Origin: Azolla caroliniana
Taxonomy: Eukaryota > Plantae > Polypodiophyta
Direction: 5' to 3'
Length of the DNA: 64,000 nt
NCBI GenBank assembly: GCA_043228905.1
Contig: JBHGNT010000008.1
Coordinates: 1,426,001 to 1,490,000, forward strand
Shown: positions 24,714 to 36,369 of the stretch, in pieces
Layout: each line of letters begins with the position of its first letter
How positions within the stretch are numbered: the stretch's first letter is position 1
The notes under the pieces: generated by a model
What the model saw: the letters and a program-made list of their open reading frames with translations, nothing else
The model's database searches: none
Told to the model about the DNA's origin: nothing
Made by a program: the position numbers and the translations under genes

Positions 24714-27514
24714 CTATTCTTCATCCAAAATATCCAGAATGCTTTGTTCGAGAGTCTCCAATGGTTCATCTGGAATTGGTTGTTGTTGTTGTTGTTGTGA
24801 TTGCTGCTGCTTTGTTGATGGCTGTTGCGACTGGTCCTTTGGTGGCTGCTGTGGCTGCTCCTTTGTTTGTTGCTCTGACATCGGCATTTCCGTCGTTACT
24901 CCCTCCGTCGTAGTGGTCTCCGGTTGACTGGTTCTGGCCTGGCCCTCGGCCAGCGACAGTTCCTCATCACTAAGGTTAACCGTTGCCACTTCCCGTGCTT
25001 TTTCTTCCCGAACCCGGGACCACTCGTAGCTCTCAAACTGGATTTGAGTGTCCAGCCTGTCATCGTCTAGCTAAGCTATGAGTTGCCGGACCTGCACCAG
25101 CTGTTCATCCGCTAGGACTTGGAAGTCTTCAGCCAGCTCGTCCCGTATGGCGGTGAAGTCCTCGGAAGTCAACGTGTAACAATCATCTCCTTCCTTCCAC
25201 CGGTTTGCCACGTTTGCCTGTAGCAATTGGAGTTCCGCCGTATTTTGTGCCCACTTTGTCCACCATCTTACAGAGCTTTCGTCAATCACGCGTTTTGTTT
25301 GATTCAGCCATGCCTGGAGGATGCACTGAATCCGGTCCGTTCCCATCTGCGATTTGATCTCCGCAGTTTGCCGTTCCTCCTTCAATTGCTTGATGATTTT
25401 GACGTTCTCTTCCGCCTGCTCCTTGTAATGCGTCAATTGCCTTTGATATGTGCTTTGTAATTTCTGCAATACCGTTGACGCTCTCTCCTTTTCTTCCTAC
25501 TGCTGCCTCTGGAGCTCCATCCGGACCTTCTCCGCCTCGTCCAACCGTCTTGTATTTTCCGCTCGTTCATCGGCGAGCGCTGTCGCGGCCCGATCAACTT
25601 CCTGCTGGAGCTCGGCCACCCGTTCCTTATGCTCCGTTTCCAGCCGTTTGTAGTCCTGGTGCAGGTGCTCAAAATCATCTGTCTTTTGCTTGAGCCGTGC
25701 GTTGATCTGTCGACGGGCCTGGTCCTTGCGGTCCTTCTGCTGGCGGAGCTCTTCCTTTAGCCGTTCAATTTCCGTTTCCACCGTCTTTCGCAGCTTGTCC
25801 TTTTCCTGCAGCACTTTGTCTTTTTCCTCCCTTAGACGGTCGTACGCTTGATGGCCTTTCCAGAGGTTCTCCTCTGCTCGGCGGAGGTTCTCAGAAGTCT
25901 TCTTTAATTCTGCTTCGGCCGCTATCTTCAATTCCCGTTCCTGGTTCCTTAGCGCTTCTTGTGCGGCAAGTTCATCTCTCAATTCCACAAGATCCTGGGC
26001 TTCCGCCGCATCTCTCTCTGGAACGGTTTCCGTTGCCGGGGTCTTATTAGTATGTATAGGTTGGTTTGGTTCTTTATTCTGTACACTTACCGGAGTCACC
26101 GGTGATTGGATCTGTGTTGCCATTAAGGCCATTTTGGCCATTTCTACCGCGACATGATCCAAGTCTTTTTCAAGGCACCAGATTCTGGACCGGGCTGTCT
26201 CTAGTTGTTCGGTTGTGATGAGCAACCGTTCGCTTTACGCTCTTTCTTCCGCCTCAATATACCCCACTACTCCGGCAATCTGTTCGCCTATCCACCGGAG
26301 CCACAGGCTACCGGTGCATTGTTGTTGCGCTTACATGGAGTTTTGACAGATGGGCTCGCTTGTAGATGGGTGGTCCCGCCTGATTGCGTCGAGTTGCAAT
26401 TTCATTTCTGCCCGTGGACCACCCTGCTGTCCTTGTTCCCCTTATGCTTCTTCTTGGTTGGCCGAGGGAGGCTGCATTGACCTTTCCGGCTCTGGCGGAA
26501 TGGGACTTGCCGGTGCTGCCGGTGGTGCAGGGGCTTCTGATTCCGGTGCCATGCGCACCGGTTCTGGTTCCTCCCTTGGCGTGGGAGTGTCTCAGTATGG
26601 GGAGTCGGTGTTCCCTCCGTCTGAGGGTCCGAATGTTTCCCGACTGCCTCAACGGTCCTTGCCGACGACCGTCGCTGGAGGTGCTCCGTAGGCTCCTCCT
26701 CTATTTCCTCCTCCTGAGCCCCGGCATTGAGTTTCGCCGCCAAGGGGTCCGCTTCGCTATTCACCGGTCGGCGGAGTGTAATCTTTACGGGTCGTACCGG
26801 TGGTTCCTCTTGCGCATCCGTTGGCCGCTTCTGGCTGGCGCTCTCCTTTCCCGCCTGTTCTGCGTCCGCAGCCTTCCCCTTAGTGGCCTTAGAGGCCAAC
26901 AACTGTTGTCTTTTGGAAGTAGTCTTTGGGGTGCCGTCCGCCACTCTTCCCCGCTTCTTGGGCTGGACAGGTTGGACGGGTGGCACAAGCAAGGTGAGCC
27001 ACTGCGTTACTGCGTGCCATATCCTCCGTCCGTCTCGGCCTTCTTTGCCGTCTTTTCCTTTGACGATCTCGATCGCCGCACACAAACCATCTTTGATCAA
27101 TACTGGTCAATCCACCTTGATCCCTTCATAGGTGGCGATGATCATCCCTGCCCGGTTCTGCGGCATGACAGGGGGTCTAGGGTACACATGGCCGTATTCG
27201 TGGAGCACACAGGCAATCTCGCGGAACAGCATATCTCCGCCGCCCTGTGTCCGGTAGCCCTTGCTGGCTAGGGAGTACTCACCAAAATACTTGATGAGTT
27301 GCTCCGAGGTCGGATTGTCGATCGTGAATATGCCTCCCTCCGGAAGGCCTGTTAACGCACGGATCGCCTCATCCGTTATGACCTCTGTGTCGATTTCTTT
27401 GATCACCTTGTCGGCTTCTTTGTGTGGCGGTGCCTCCATAATCGTCAAGAAGCCCTCGAGCCAGTGTTGCTTTAGCCATTTCTTGGCAGCTTCCGACAGC
27501 GTTTGCGGGTCCAT
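24714..27514 (-). pseudogene. G accessory ORF2 (~900 codons; globular N-terminus, disordered linker, long coiled coil)
   Basis: Chain of sense ORF pieces: 27107-27514, 26402-27100, 25497-26225, 25071-25469, 24714-24989. Confidence 0.8.
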
Positions 27515-27965
27515 GTCTGTGTCGAGGTCGGATTGTGGTGGCGAGGTTGGATGGTGATGAGAGTGAGAGTGAGAGATTTCAAAAAGCGGGGGTTCTTTGT
27601 GCGTAGGTTCTCGTTTGATGATCTTCCAATGCCTTGGTGCTTTTGTGCTCCTGGGTTCGCGAAAGTAGAGGGTCTCCACACGCAGTGGTTTTTCTCTGTG
27701 CATTCTGGTGCCTTTTTCGAGCGTGTGCACGTCGTGTACTAAAATAGCATTATGTCCTGTGGTGGCGCTTAAATGCCCACTACATACCTTTTCGCTCCTC
27801 GCTCTCTCGTCCATTCATACCTCGCTTTTGCATGATTACTTCGCTTTTTCTTTTTTCTTTTTTCTTTTTTGATAAATTTTAATGTGGTGTGAGGTTATTT
27901 GTCCATTGGTCCTATCGGACCCTTACCGGCCTCATTACGGTTTGCTGTCGCCTCATTCTCCCCTG

Positions 27966-30900
27966 TTACCGGCTTGCCGTCTCCTCCGTCTTGGTGGTTG
28001 TCGTTTCCTTACCGGTTCCCGATCCGGTGTCGGTCCTTTGCTCAAATGGGTTCTTGGGCATCGGTCCTCTATATGGCTTCAATCTGAATCCGTTGACCCA
28101 TTTGCCTAGCACTTCGCCGGCAAGTGTCCCTAACTGGTAGGACCCATTATACTCACGTGTTAGCCAATACGGGCCGGTCCATCTAAACCGTAGTTTACCC
28201 GGCATCTTGCGCATCCGGGTCTGAAATACTAACATCGGCTTGCCGATTTCAAACATTTTTTCATTTCCTTTCCTGTGCCGGTCGACAAATGCTTTCCGTC
28301 GCCGTTGTTCCAATTTTAAGTGCAGGATGCTTGCCATTCGTTGTTCCTCGAGTTCACACAACGTTGTTAACCGTATTGCCTCCGACTCCTTCTCGTTCAG
28401 CCGTTCTCGTAACTGAATCCGTAAGCTTGGTACTTAGAATTCCACCGGCATGACCGCCTCTAGTTCGAACGCTAACCGGAACGGTATTGTTCGGATGCTC
28501 GTTTTGTATGTTGTCTGGTATGCCCAAAGCGCGCTATGTAGCTTGGTATCCTAATCCGTTCGGTTTTCGTTGACGATCTTCCGGAGGATATTCTGGAGCG
28601 TTTTGTTCGTCGACTCAACTAACCCGTTTGCTTGTGGATAGTATGGTGTGCTCCGTTTATGGACAACGGCATAGAATGTCGTCAGGCTTTCAACTACTTG
28701 GCCGAGAAAGTGCCCCCCTTGGTCGCTTATTAATTCGATTGGGCATCCGTAATGGCACCAAATGTATTCATATAGAAATTTTGCCGTTGACGCAGCGGTG
28801 TTGTCTCTTAAGGCTTTGGCCTCCACCCATTTCATGCAGTAATCTGTCACGACGATGACGTACCGATTACCTGTTCTCATTGCCGGTGGTTTGAATGGTC
28901 CAACAAAGTCCAGCCCCCACTTCTGGAATGGTTCGAGTGGTAGTACAGGCTGGTGTGGCATCCGAGCCTTCTCCGTTGGCTGGCCCATTCGCTGGCATAG
29001 GTCACATTCTTTTGCGTACCGTACAACATCTCTTAATGTAGTTGGCCACCATAGGCCACTTTGCCATATTTTCCTGGCCGTCGCATCTCCGGCATAGTGA
29101 CCTCCGGCAACTCCGTCGTGGGCTTCCCTCAGTATGAGGTCCTTTTCATCGTTGCGCACAACCCTTCTCCATATGTCGTCCGCGCCCTTGTGGTAAAGTG
29201 TGTCTCGCAGTAAGTAGAAATGTCGGCTTTGCACTGCCAGGCGTTTCCTGTCGTCCCGGTTCATCTCCTCCGGAGGCAGTCCTGTGCTCAAAAATTGGTG
29301 CATATTTGAGAGCCACTTGTCTTCCTGGGTCACCGTCTCATCTGCTGCCGTTTCCGTAGTGACTCGAAACAGCTCCGCATCCGGAAACTCGTCCGCTATT
29401 CCGTCGCCCGTCTCTCCGGACTCTAATTGGCTTAAGTAATCCGCCACGGCATGCTGTATACCGGGTCAGTGGAATATTTCGAACTCGAATTCCTGTAACA
29501 GTAAGGTCCACCGGGCCAACTTACCGGTGAGTGACGCCTTGGACACCAGGTAAAGGAGTGCCGAATGATCTACATGGAAGGAAAACTTCCTTCCCAATAA
29601 ATAATGCCGAAACTTTGTCACACTGTAGATCATCCCTAGAGCTTCCCGTTCCGTGGTAGAGTAGTTCCGTTCCGCTTGGGATAGCTTTCGGCTGGCATAG
29701 TACACTGGCCGGTACCACTTTGGCTCCGTAAGCTGCATCAGTGCGCTTCCGATTGCGATGTCAGAGGTGTCCACGAACACATGAAATTCTTTATTCCAAT
29801 CCGGAGGCTGCACTACCGGTGCTTGCGACAACGGTACCTTGAGGGCCGTATACGCCCTATCCTTGGTGTCCGTCCACTGGAATGGTGTTCGATGTACCGC
29901 GGCATGCAACGGTGTAGCCAGGTCGGCCAAGTATCGGAGCATCCGACTGTGCCACCGGATTTGGCCTAAGAACCGGCTCAATGCCTTTGCCGTTGCCGGC
30001 GCCGGTTCTTCTAATATGGCTTTCACTTTGTCCGGGTCGACTGCAATACCTTCCTGGCTCACAATATGTCCTAGTAAGGTTCCACTGGACACGCCAAATA
30101 CACACTTCGCCGGATTCAAGTTTAGCCGGTACGCTCTACACTTTTCTAGACAAAGACGGAGGTGCTGAAAATGGTCCTCCTCCCGGCTATAGACGGCGAA
30201 ATCGTCAAGGAAAACCTGCATAAAAGCCAGGATATATTCACCAAAGATTTCCATGATGATTCGTTGAAATGTTGCCGGTGCCGTTTTGAGTCCGAACATC
30301 ATCACCACGGCCACAAACACCCCCCATTCGGTGACGAAAGCCGTTTTCTCTTGGTCGTCGGGGTGCATCCGGATCTGATTGTACCCGCTGAATCCGTCTA
30401 GAAAGCTATAGACCTCATGGCTAGCGACGGCATCCAACACTCCATCTGTGAACGGAAGTGGAAACGCATCCGTTATCGTAGCCGCATTGAGTTTCCGGTA
30501 GTCCACACAAACTCGAATTTTTCCATTCTTCTTCAGTACGACTACGATCGGGCTCAGCCATGTCGTTTTCTTTATCGGACGGATAAAGCCCACTCTTAGC
30601 AATTTGTCGATTTCCTCCTTGACTTTGGCGGCATAATTAGGATTCATCCGGTACCGTCTTTGTGCCACTGGTTTTGCCTCCTTGCTCAAGTGAATCTGAT
30701 GCTGGTATAACTGAGGGTCGAGCCCTCGCATGTCTTCGTATGACCAGGCAAACACGTCACGAAATTCCGTGAGAAGTGTGATCATCGCCGTTTTGTCTTC
30801 GGACCTCATCTCCTTGGCGATGTGCACCGGTTTTGCTTCGTCCGTGGTCCCTAGGTTCACCTCTTCCAGTTGCGACGCTTTTACGTGCTGTGAAACGGCC

Positions 30901-33695
30901 ATTTCCCGTTCCAACGCTTCCTGCGCTTGTCGTAACTCTCGGATTGCGTCCTTATCCGGTTCTGCTTCAGTCTCTCCCGGCTGCGGTAAGTATGGCGCTA
31001 CTGCTTCGGCAATGTCAATTTCGAAGAGGGGTACGATCTTCGGGTTTTCCTGCAAGTACTGAGCTTCTTCTTCGTCAGCTAACCCTTCTAGCATGTTGAC
31101 GCACTCTGCATACAACAGTGTACATTCCTTGCCCATGCTCGTCCTTGGCTGTGTTAGTACGCGTACCTTGGCTTTTCCTCGTCGGAAGGTAATTATATTT
31201 TTCCTCCAATTCTGTTTGATATGTGCCGTTTTAAGCCACGGCCGCCCCAACAATAGCGGGTACGCGCCTTGTGCCTGTAATTGTAGCACTACTGCCGAGA
31301 TGTGAAATGTATGACCGCCAACGGTGACTTCTAATTTTCGTATTAATCCTGTCGGCCGCACTGAGCTTGTATCGGCCATCCGTAACCAGTACGGACACGG
31401 CTCCCACTCGTGGATTCCGAGGGCATCACACGTCCGGAGGCTTATTACATTCACACCGGAGCCTCCGTCTATTCTTGTGCCGGGGAGTTCTTTCCCTTTT
31501 ACAATCGCAGTAATTACCGGACTGTTGGTGTCCACAACCGTTGGTCCCTCCTCCGGATTCGAGAAGAGTATCGGTGCCGATGATGATTCTCCTTCCGTCA
31601 TGGTTGTCTTCAGTCCTTCCATGAATCTCGGCACGAGCTGTAGAAGTCTTCCTAGTGGCAACGTAATCTGGCATTCTTGCAACGCCTGCCATGTCTCGTT
31701 CTCGGAGTGACTGCCACCGGCAAGCCCTATGGTGTTCTCCTTTTGCTGCTGTAAGTCTGTGATGTTTTGCTCGTTTGCTTTCTTCACCCATTCCATCGCT
31801 TGCTTCCGGATGGTCTCCTGCGTCTCCCATTCCTTGGCCATGCCCTTCGACCTTGTGGTCACCTGCTGCAGATCTGTCACTTCAAGGACTACCATATTTA
31901 CTGCCGGTCGTTTGTCATAGCTCTTCGCCGGGCATTGATTACTATAATGGCCTTCCTATCGGCAGTAGTAGCAGTAGGCTTTCTGGGTATTGTTGGATTC
32001 GGCATTGTTTGTTGTATCCAGGGCAGGTCCTGTGGTAAGCGCGGGGTTTTGGGCCGGTTGGCTGCTTGAAGCTCCTTGTTCCAGATCCCGTGGCTGGCCG
32101 CCTTTTTTGAAATGCCGTTTTTTGTTATAGTTCTTCTTATTGCGGTACTCTTGACGAGGTTGGTCGTTATATCTGTCGTATTCCTCCCGTTGCTGCCGAT
32201 ACCCGGGGAAGTGCTCCTGGTCGTAATGTTCGTATCGTCTATTGTAATCCCGGTACCGATCATCTCTATCATACCAGTCGTAGTTATCCCGCCAATCACC
32301 GTACCAGACATTATTATCCCGTCGATCGTCATACCGGACATCCTATGCCGGTCGGTATCAGTCCATTCGCCGCCAGCGTTCCTCTTCTTCATCCCGGTTG
32401 TTGCGTGGCTCTATTTGTCGGACGGGCGGGGCTTGCGGGTTCAATAGATTATACGCGCACCTATCCGTCGTATGGCCCTTGGATTGACAGATTACACATT
32501 GCGTCCTCATAGTGCATTCTAGTGCCGAGTGTCCGGAATTCAAGCAGGTTGTGCACTGTATTGCTTGCCGAAACCGGAGGTCTTCATCGGACGGTAACAC
32601 CCGTTGGAGTGCTCCCAGTGTGAGCCAGGAGCTTGTCTTTTCCATCTCTCTCACCCGGTCAATGACCTAGTCGATGGTACTTGCACAGAAGTCAATTACC
32701 GTGCAAACCATGCGTAGGGGTTTCCGGAGCGCATTTAGGAATATAGTCCGTAATTCCTCCTCCAGGGGTGCGCGGGCAAGCTGACTATGCATCCGTTGAA
32801 ACCGGATGACAAACTGGGGAATGCTCTCTCCTGCCTCCTGTCGGATGGTATAAAACAAGCCCACCATTACGGTCTGGTCCACCTCCTTTTGGAAAAAATG
32901 CAAGAATTTAGCTTTTAAATCTACGAAGGTGGTGATGGTAGATGGGTCCTGCGTCTGACGCCATCTTGCTGCCGGTCCTTCCAATGTGACGCCAAATTCC
33001 GCTATCTTAGAGCGTTCCTCTTCCTCCGGGATCAATCGTTGGGACACATGGTTTGCTTCCCATGTCTATTCAAAGGCGTGAACATGAGCTTCCGCGTCCG
33101 GATCATCTCTATACTTGGAGTACTGGAACGGCATGTCGTCGTCCGGTATCCGTGCGCGGGTTGGTGGTGTTGGTGGTCGTTCCTGGTTTTTCTCCGGCGT
33201 CGGTTGTCTTTCCTCTTCTTTTGGTGACGGAGGCCTCTCCTCCTCGACTTCCGGTGTCGGAGTTCGCTCTTCCTCTGCTTTTGGTTCCGGAGGTTCCAGC
33301 CTTAGCACTTCCGGTTCCGGTGTCGGTAAGGTGTCTGATCCTTCGTCCTCCGGTCCGCCCGGGGTTCCGTTGCTGCTACGGTAGTTCGTGTGCATGTTGT
33401 ATTCCCCTTCGGAATCCGATTCATACGCTGAAAAGGCTTCTGCTTCGCCTTCTCCGCTTGCCAACGCCTGGAGAAGGGATTCGGTTTCCCGGAGGCTGCT
33501 TAGGCTGTTGTCGTCGTCCGGGTGCGATGTTTGCTGTAACCAGAGGGACTCCTCCGCTACTCTCCGGATTACGTTGGAAAATGAGCGATCCGCTCTAATT
33601 TCCTGTGCCGCTCGCTGGAAAGCCTCACGTCTCCTTTGCCTTTCGGCAAGGCGTCGAGTTCGATCTGTAACCAGGTCGTGCGTTGATCTAGTCAT
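27966..33695 (-). pseudogene. G gag-pol, disrupted
   Basis: IDGGSGVN protease, LDGFSGYNQI/FLDDF RT, RNase H, WGLDFVGP integrase and WTGPY motifs, with several stops and frameshifts. Confidence 0.93.
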
Positions 33696-35271
33696 CCATT
33701 CGTGCCATCGTTCGCTGCAAAAACAGGAATCATGGTCGCCAAAAATTGTGTTAACTCTTAGGGCCAGACAATGGCCTAACACAGGGTGTCTACGGAAGAC
33801 ACTTCACCAAAGGGGTGTTACGGCAATAGGATTAGACTCAACGATTAATCCGACTTAATTAGGCTACTTAGCAAGATCGTCCTTAATAATCACACGCGTA
33901 AGATATAACAATGAATGCAGAACGGCAATTAACACACACAGATAAAAACACTAAGCTTTATTAATTAACCGCTGCTCATTACATTGTATCCGGGCCTTTA
34001 AATAGGTTTCCGGTTTGTATTACAAAACGGTGCCATCCGCACTTGTTCGGGATCGGTCCGGATCCGGAACGGCATACCGATTCCGGTCCGTCCGTCCACA
34101 CTAATAGCTTACTTACAACCATTCCTTAATAATTAAATAACTCCTTCGTTTCACACTCTGGACTCCTATGTCGGCCGGTAACACAAACTTTGTTGCCACT
34201 CTCACTCATGCACTCTCTCTTCTGTATCACTATTACAGAATCATTATTCAGTTACCAGTATTCTACATTTGCCCTAAGTGTATTTATACTTATACATTAT
34301 ATGGGCTATTTACAGCTGTAGCCACTGCTACTATCATTCCTATTATTATACTGACTAACACTAATAGTTATCAATCGACTGGTTGATTAGTCGATTTGAC
34401 TATCCAACTCTTATGTCGATTGTCTAGTCAGCCCGACTAGTTGGCCTTGTCTTCAACCATCTGGTCGACTAGTCAGTCGTGTCCTTGACTTGGATCACCT
34501 TTTTATATTGTCAACCCTCCATGTCAACTCTCCCTTGTCATCACCTGTCGACTACACCATGTCTTCGACTGTCGACTCTCGGCTCGACTAGTCGGCTCCT
34601 CCCATAGGAGGGACATAGTCCTAACAAACTTCCCCTTCAATCCTATGGGTGTAGTTGGTTATTCCCGTCCATCGGCAGGTTCTTTATTAGCTAGAGGAGA
34701 TACATGGTTTGGTCTCTTTGATGAGGTTAGAACGATTAATTTCTTGAAGAGCTTGAGCGGATCTAAAGGAGCTACATTATTTGGGGAGAGCGAGAGTAGG
34801 GGCACTTAGCACCCAATATGAGTGGTGGTGCAAGTTGGTAGCAATTGGAAGACAGACCTTGATGTTGCTAATGTGTGTCGAATATGGGTGTCTAATGGTC
34901 GTATTCACACTGTCCAGTGGACAAACTAGGTTTAAGACAATTTTGTAAATATGTCAAAGGGCAGTTGCCCTAGCTTAGTTAGTATATAACTAGCTTTGTA
35001 ACCTAGCTCATGGTGTTGTTGCCTCCATTTGTTGTAACTTTGAGTTTTGAATAATATAGTTATACATTGTGTGCCTTATGTCTCTCTCATTGTGTCTCCT
35101 TGATCTTCCTAACAAAGGTGTTGTTTATGTCTCCTCATTGATGGTCTCAGACTCCAAAGGGTGGAACCCCACTGGAAGTTGTGGGTCTATGGTTGTCGCC
35201 CCCTTCCGAAACTAGAATGGGACCCAAGGGATTCATAGCTTGCCCACTGTATTCTTCACCTATTGAGACTC

Positions 35272-35807
35272 TGAGACACTGTTTATGGGATTGCCCTCAA
35301 GCTCAGAGGGTATAGGATAGAGTGACCTGCCTCCAAGTTGCATGTGAAATGGAAGGAACAACATCATGGAGTGCATCGACTTTGATCAATCTCTCAATTG
35401 ATAGTTGGATAGACGCCTTCAATGTAGATAGTTGGTGCTATGAATGCACAAGAGGTAAACTTGTCAAGACCCGATTTGAGAGAGGCTTCAAGATTGCATC
35501 CCCTCGGTTCTAGGAGATTTGGATGTTAATCACAGGCTTTGAGACACTGTTTTGTGGGATTTCCCTCAAGCTCAGAGGGTATGGGACAGAGTGACTCGCC
35601 TCCTAGCTGCATGCAAAGTGGAAGGAATAGCATCGTGGAGTGCATCGGCTTGGATCAATCTCTCGGTTGATAGTTGGACGAACACCTTCAATGTAAACAG
35701 TTAGTGCTATGAATGCTCAAGGGGTAAATTTGTCAAGACCTGATTTGAGAGAGGCTTCAAGACTGCATCCCCTCGGTTCTGGGATATTTGGATCTTAATA
35801 GCATGCT
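35272..35807. repeat. Two diverged 268-bp tandem copies within the LINE remnant
   Basis: Units start TGAGACACTG at 35272 and 35540. Confidence 0.9.
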
Positions 35808-35908
35808 TCACCATGTGGTATGTATGGAAAACACATTGCCTAAAGGTTTGATAGATAATGAGAAAGGCCAAAAAGGTAATTCTCACTATGTTCTAGGATA
35901 TTTGGATG

Positions 35909-36369
35909 TGTTGAGATATCAAGCTCAACTAGATTTAGTTAGTTAGTCAACCACGTAACTTAATAGTTACCTAGATAGAATCTAGTTAGAAGAGTTTACC
36001 TTAAAGCCTTAAATAGTATTTTATACTTGAGTGGGATACATTGTAGATCCTCCACTCCTATATTCATTTAATATAGGACTTACACCTTTGTACCTATATT
36101 CTACTCACACATGTGCACCTTTGCGCATGAGATGTATATATACCTCATTGTGGGTATTTTGGTATTTGATGATGCTAATTAATATAGAGGAAAGGTATTT
36201 AGCTACACTCTTGTTAATCATCCCCCATTTACATTATTGTTCATAAGTGTATCTTCCTCTCTCTCTTCCTCTCACACACATACACACACATATCACATAA
36301 TCTTCAGTTGCTTAACTACTCACATAATTAGTCACTAATTAACCCTAGTTAATTGCCTAATTTTTAATA
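35909..36369 (+). mobile_element. Solo Copia LTR
   Basis: TSD GGATG (35904-35908 / 36370-36374). The first ~85 bp match the LTR start at 2376. Confidence 0.85.

Larger units (their letters stand above)
24147..34183 (-). mobile_element. Non-chromoviral (Athila-like) Gypsy G with an extra ORF
   Basis: 435-bp LTRs at 33749-34183 and 24224-24658; TSD CAAAC (24142-24146 / 34184-34188); PBS TGGCGACCA (tRNA-Arg-like) at 33733-33741. Confidence 0.95.
23941..34640 (-). mobile_element. Copia 3' LTR plus PPT (D-related), split by G
   Basis: LTR pieces 23941-24146 and 34184-34626; PPT complement AACTTCCCCTTCA follows 34626. The internal region is lost. Confidence 0.75.

Noticed and set aside
26384-27271. 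295-aa plus-strand ORF
   Set aside because: Antisense shadow of the GC-rich G ORF2; no motifs.
34680-35114. Partial LTR ending CCTAACA
   Set aside because: No partner LTR, start or TSD could be found.
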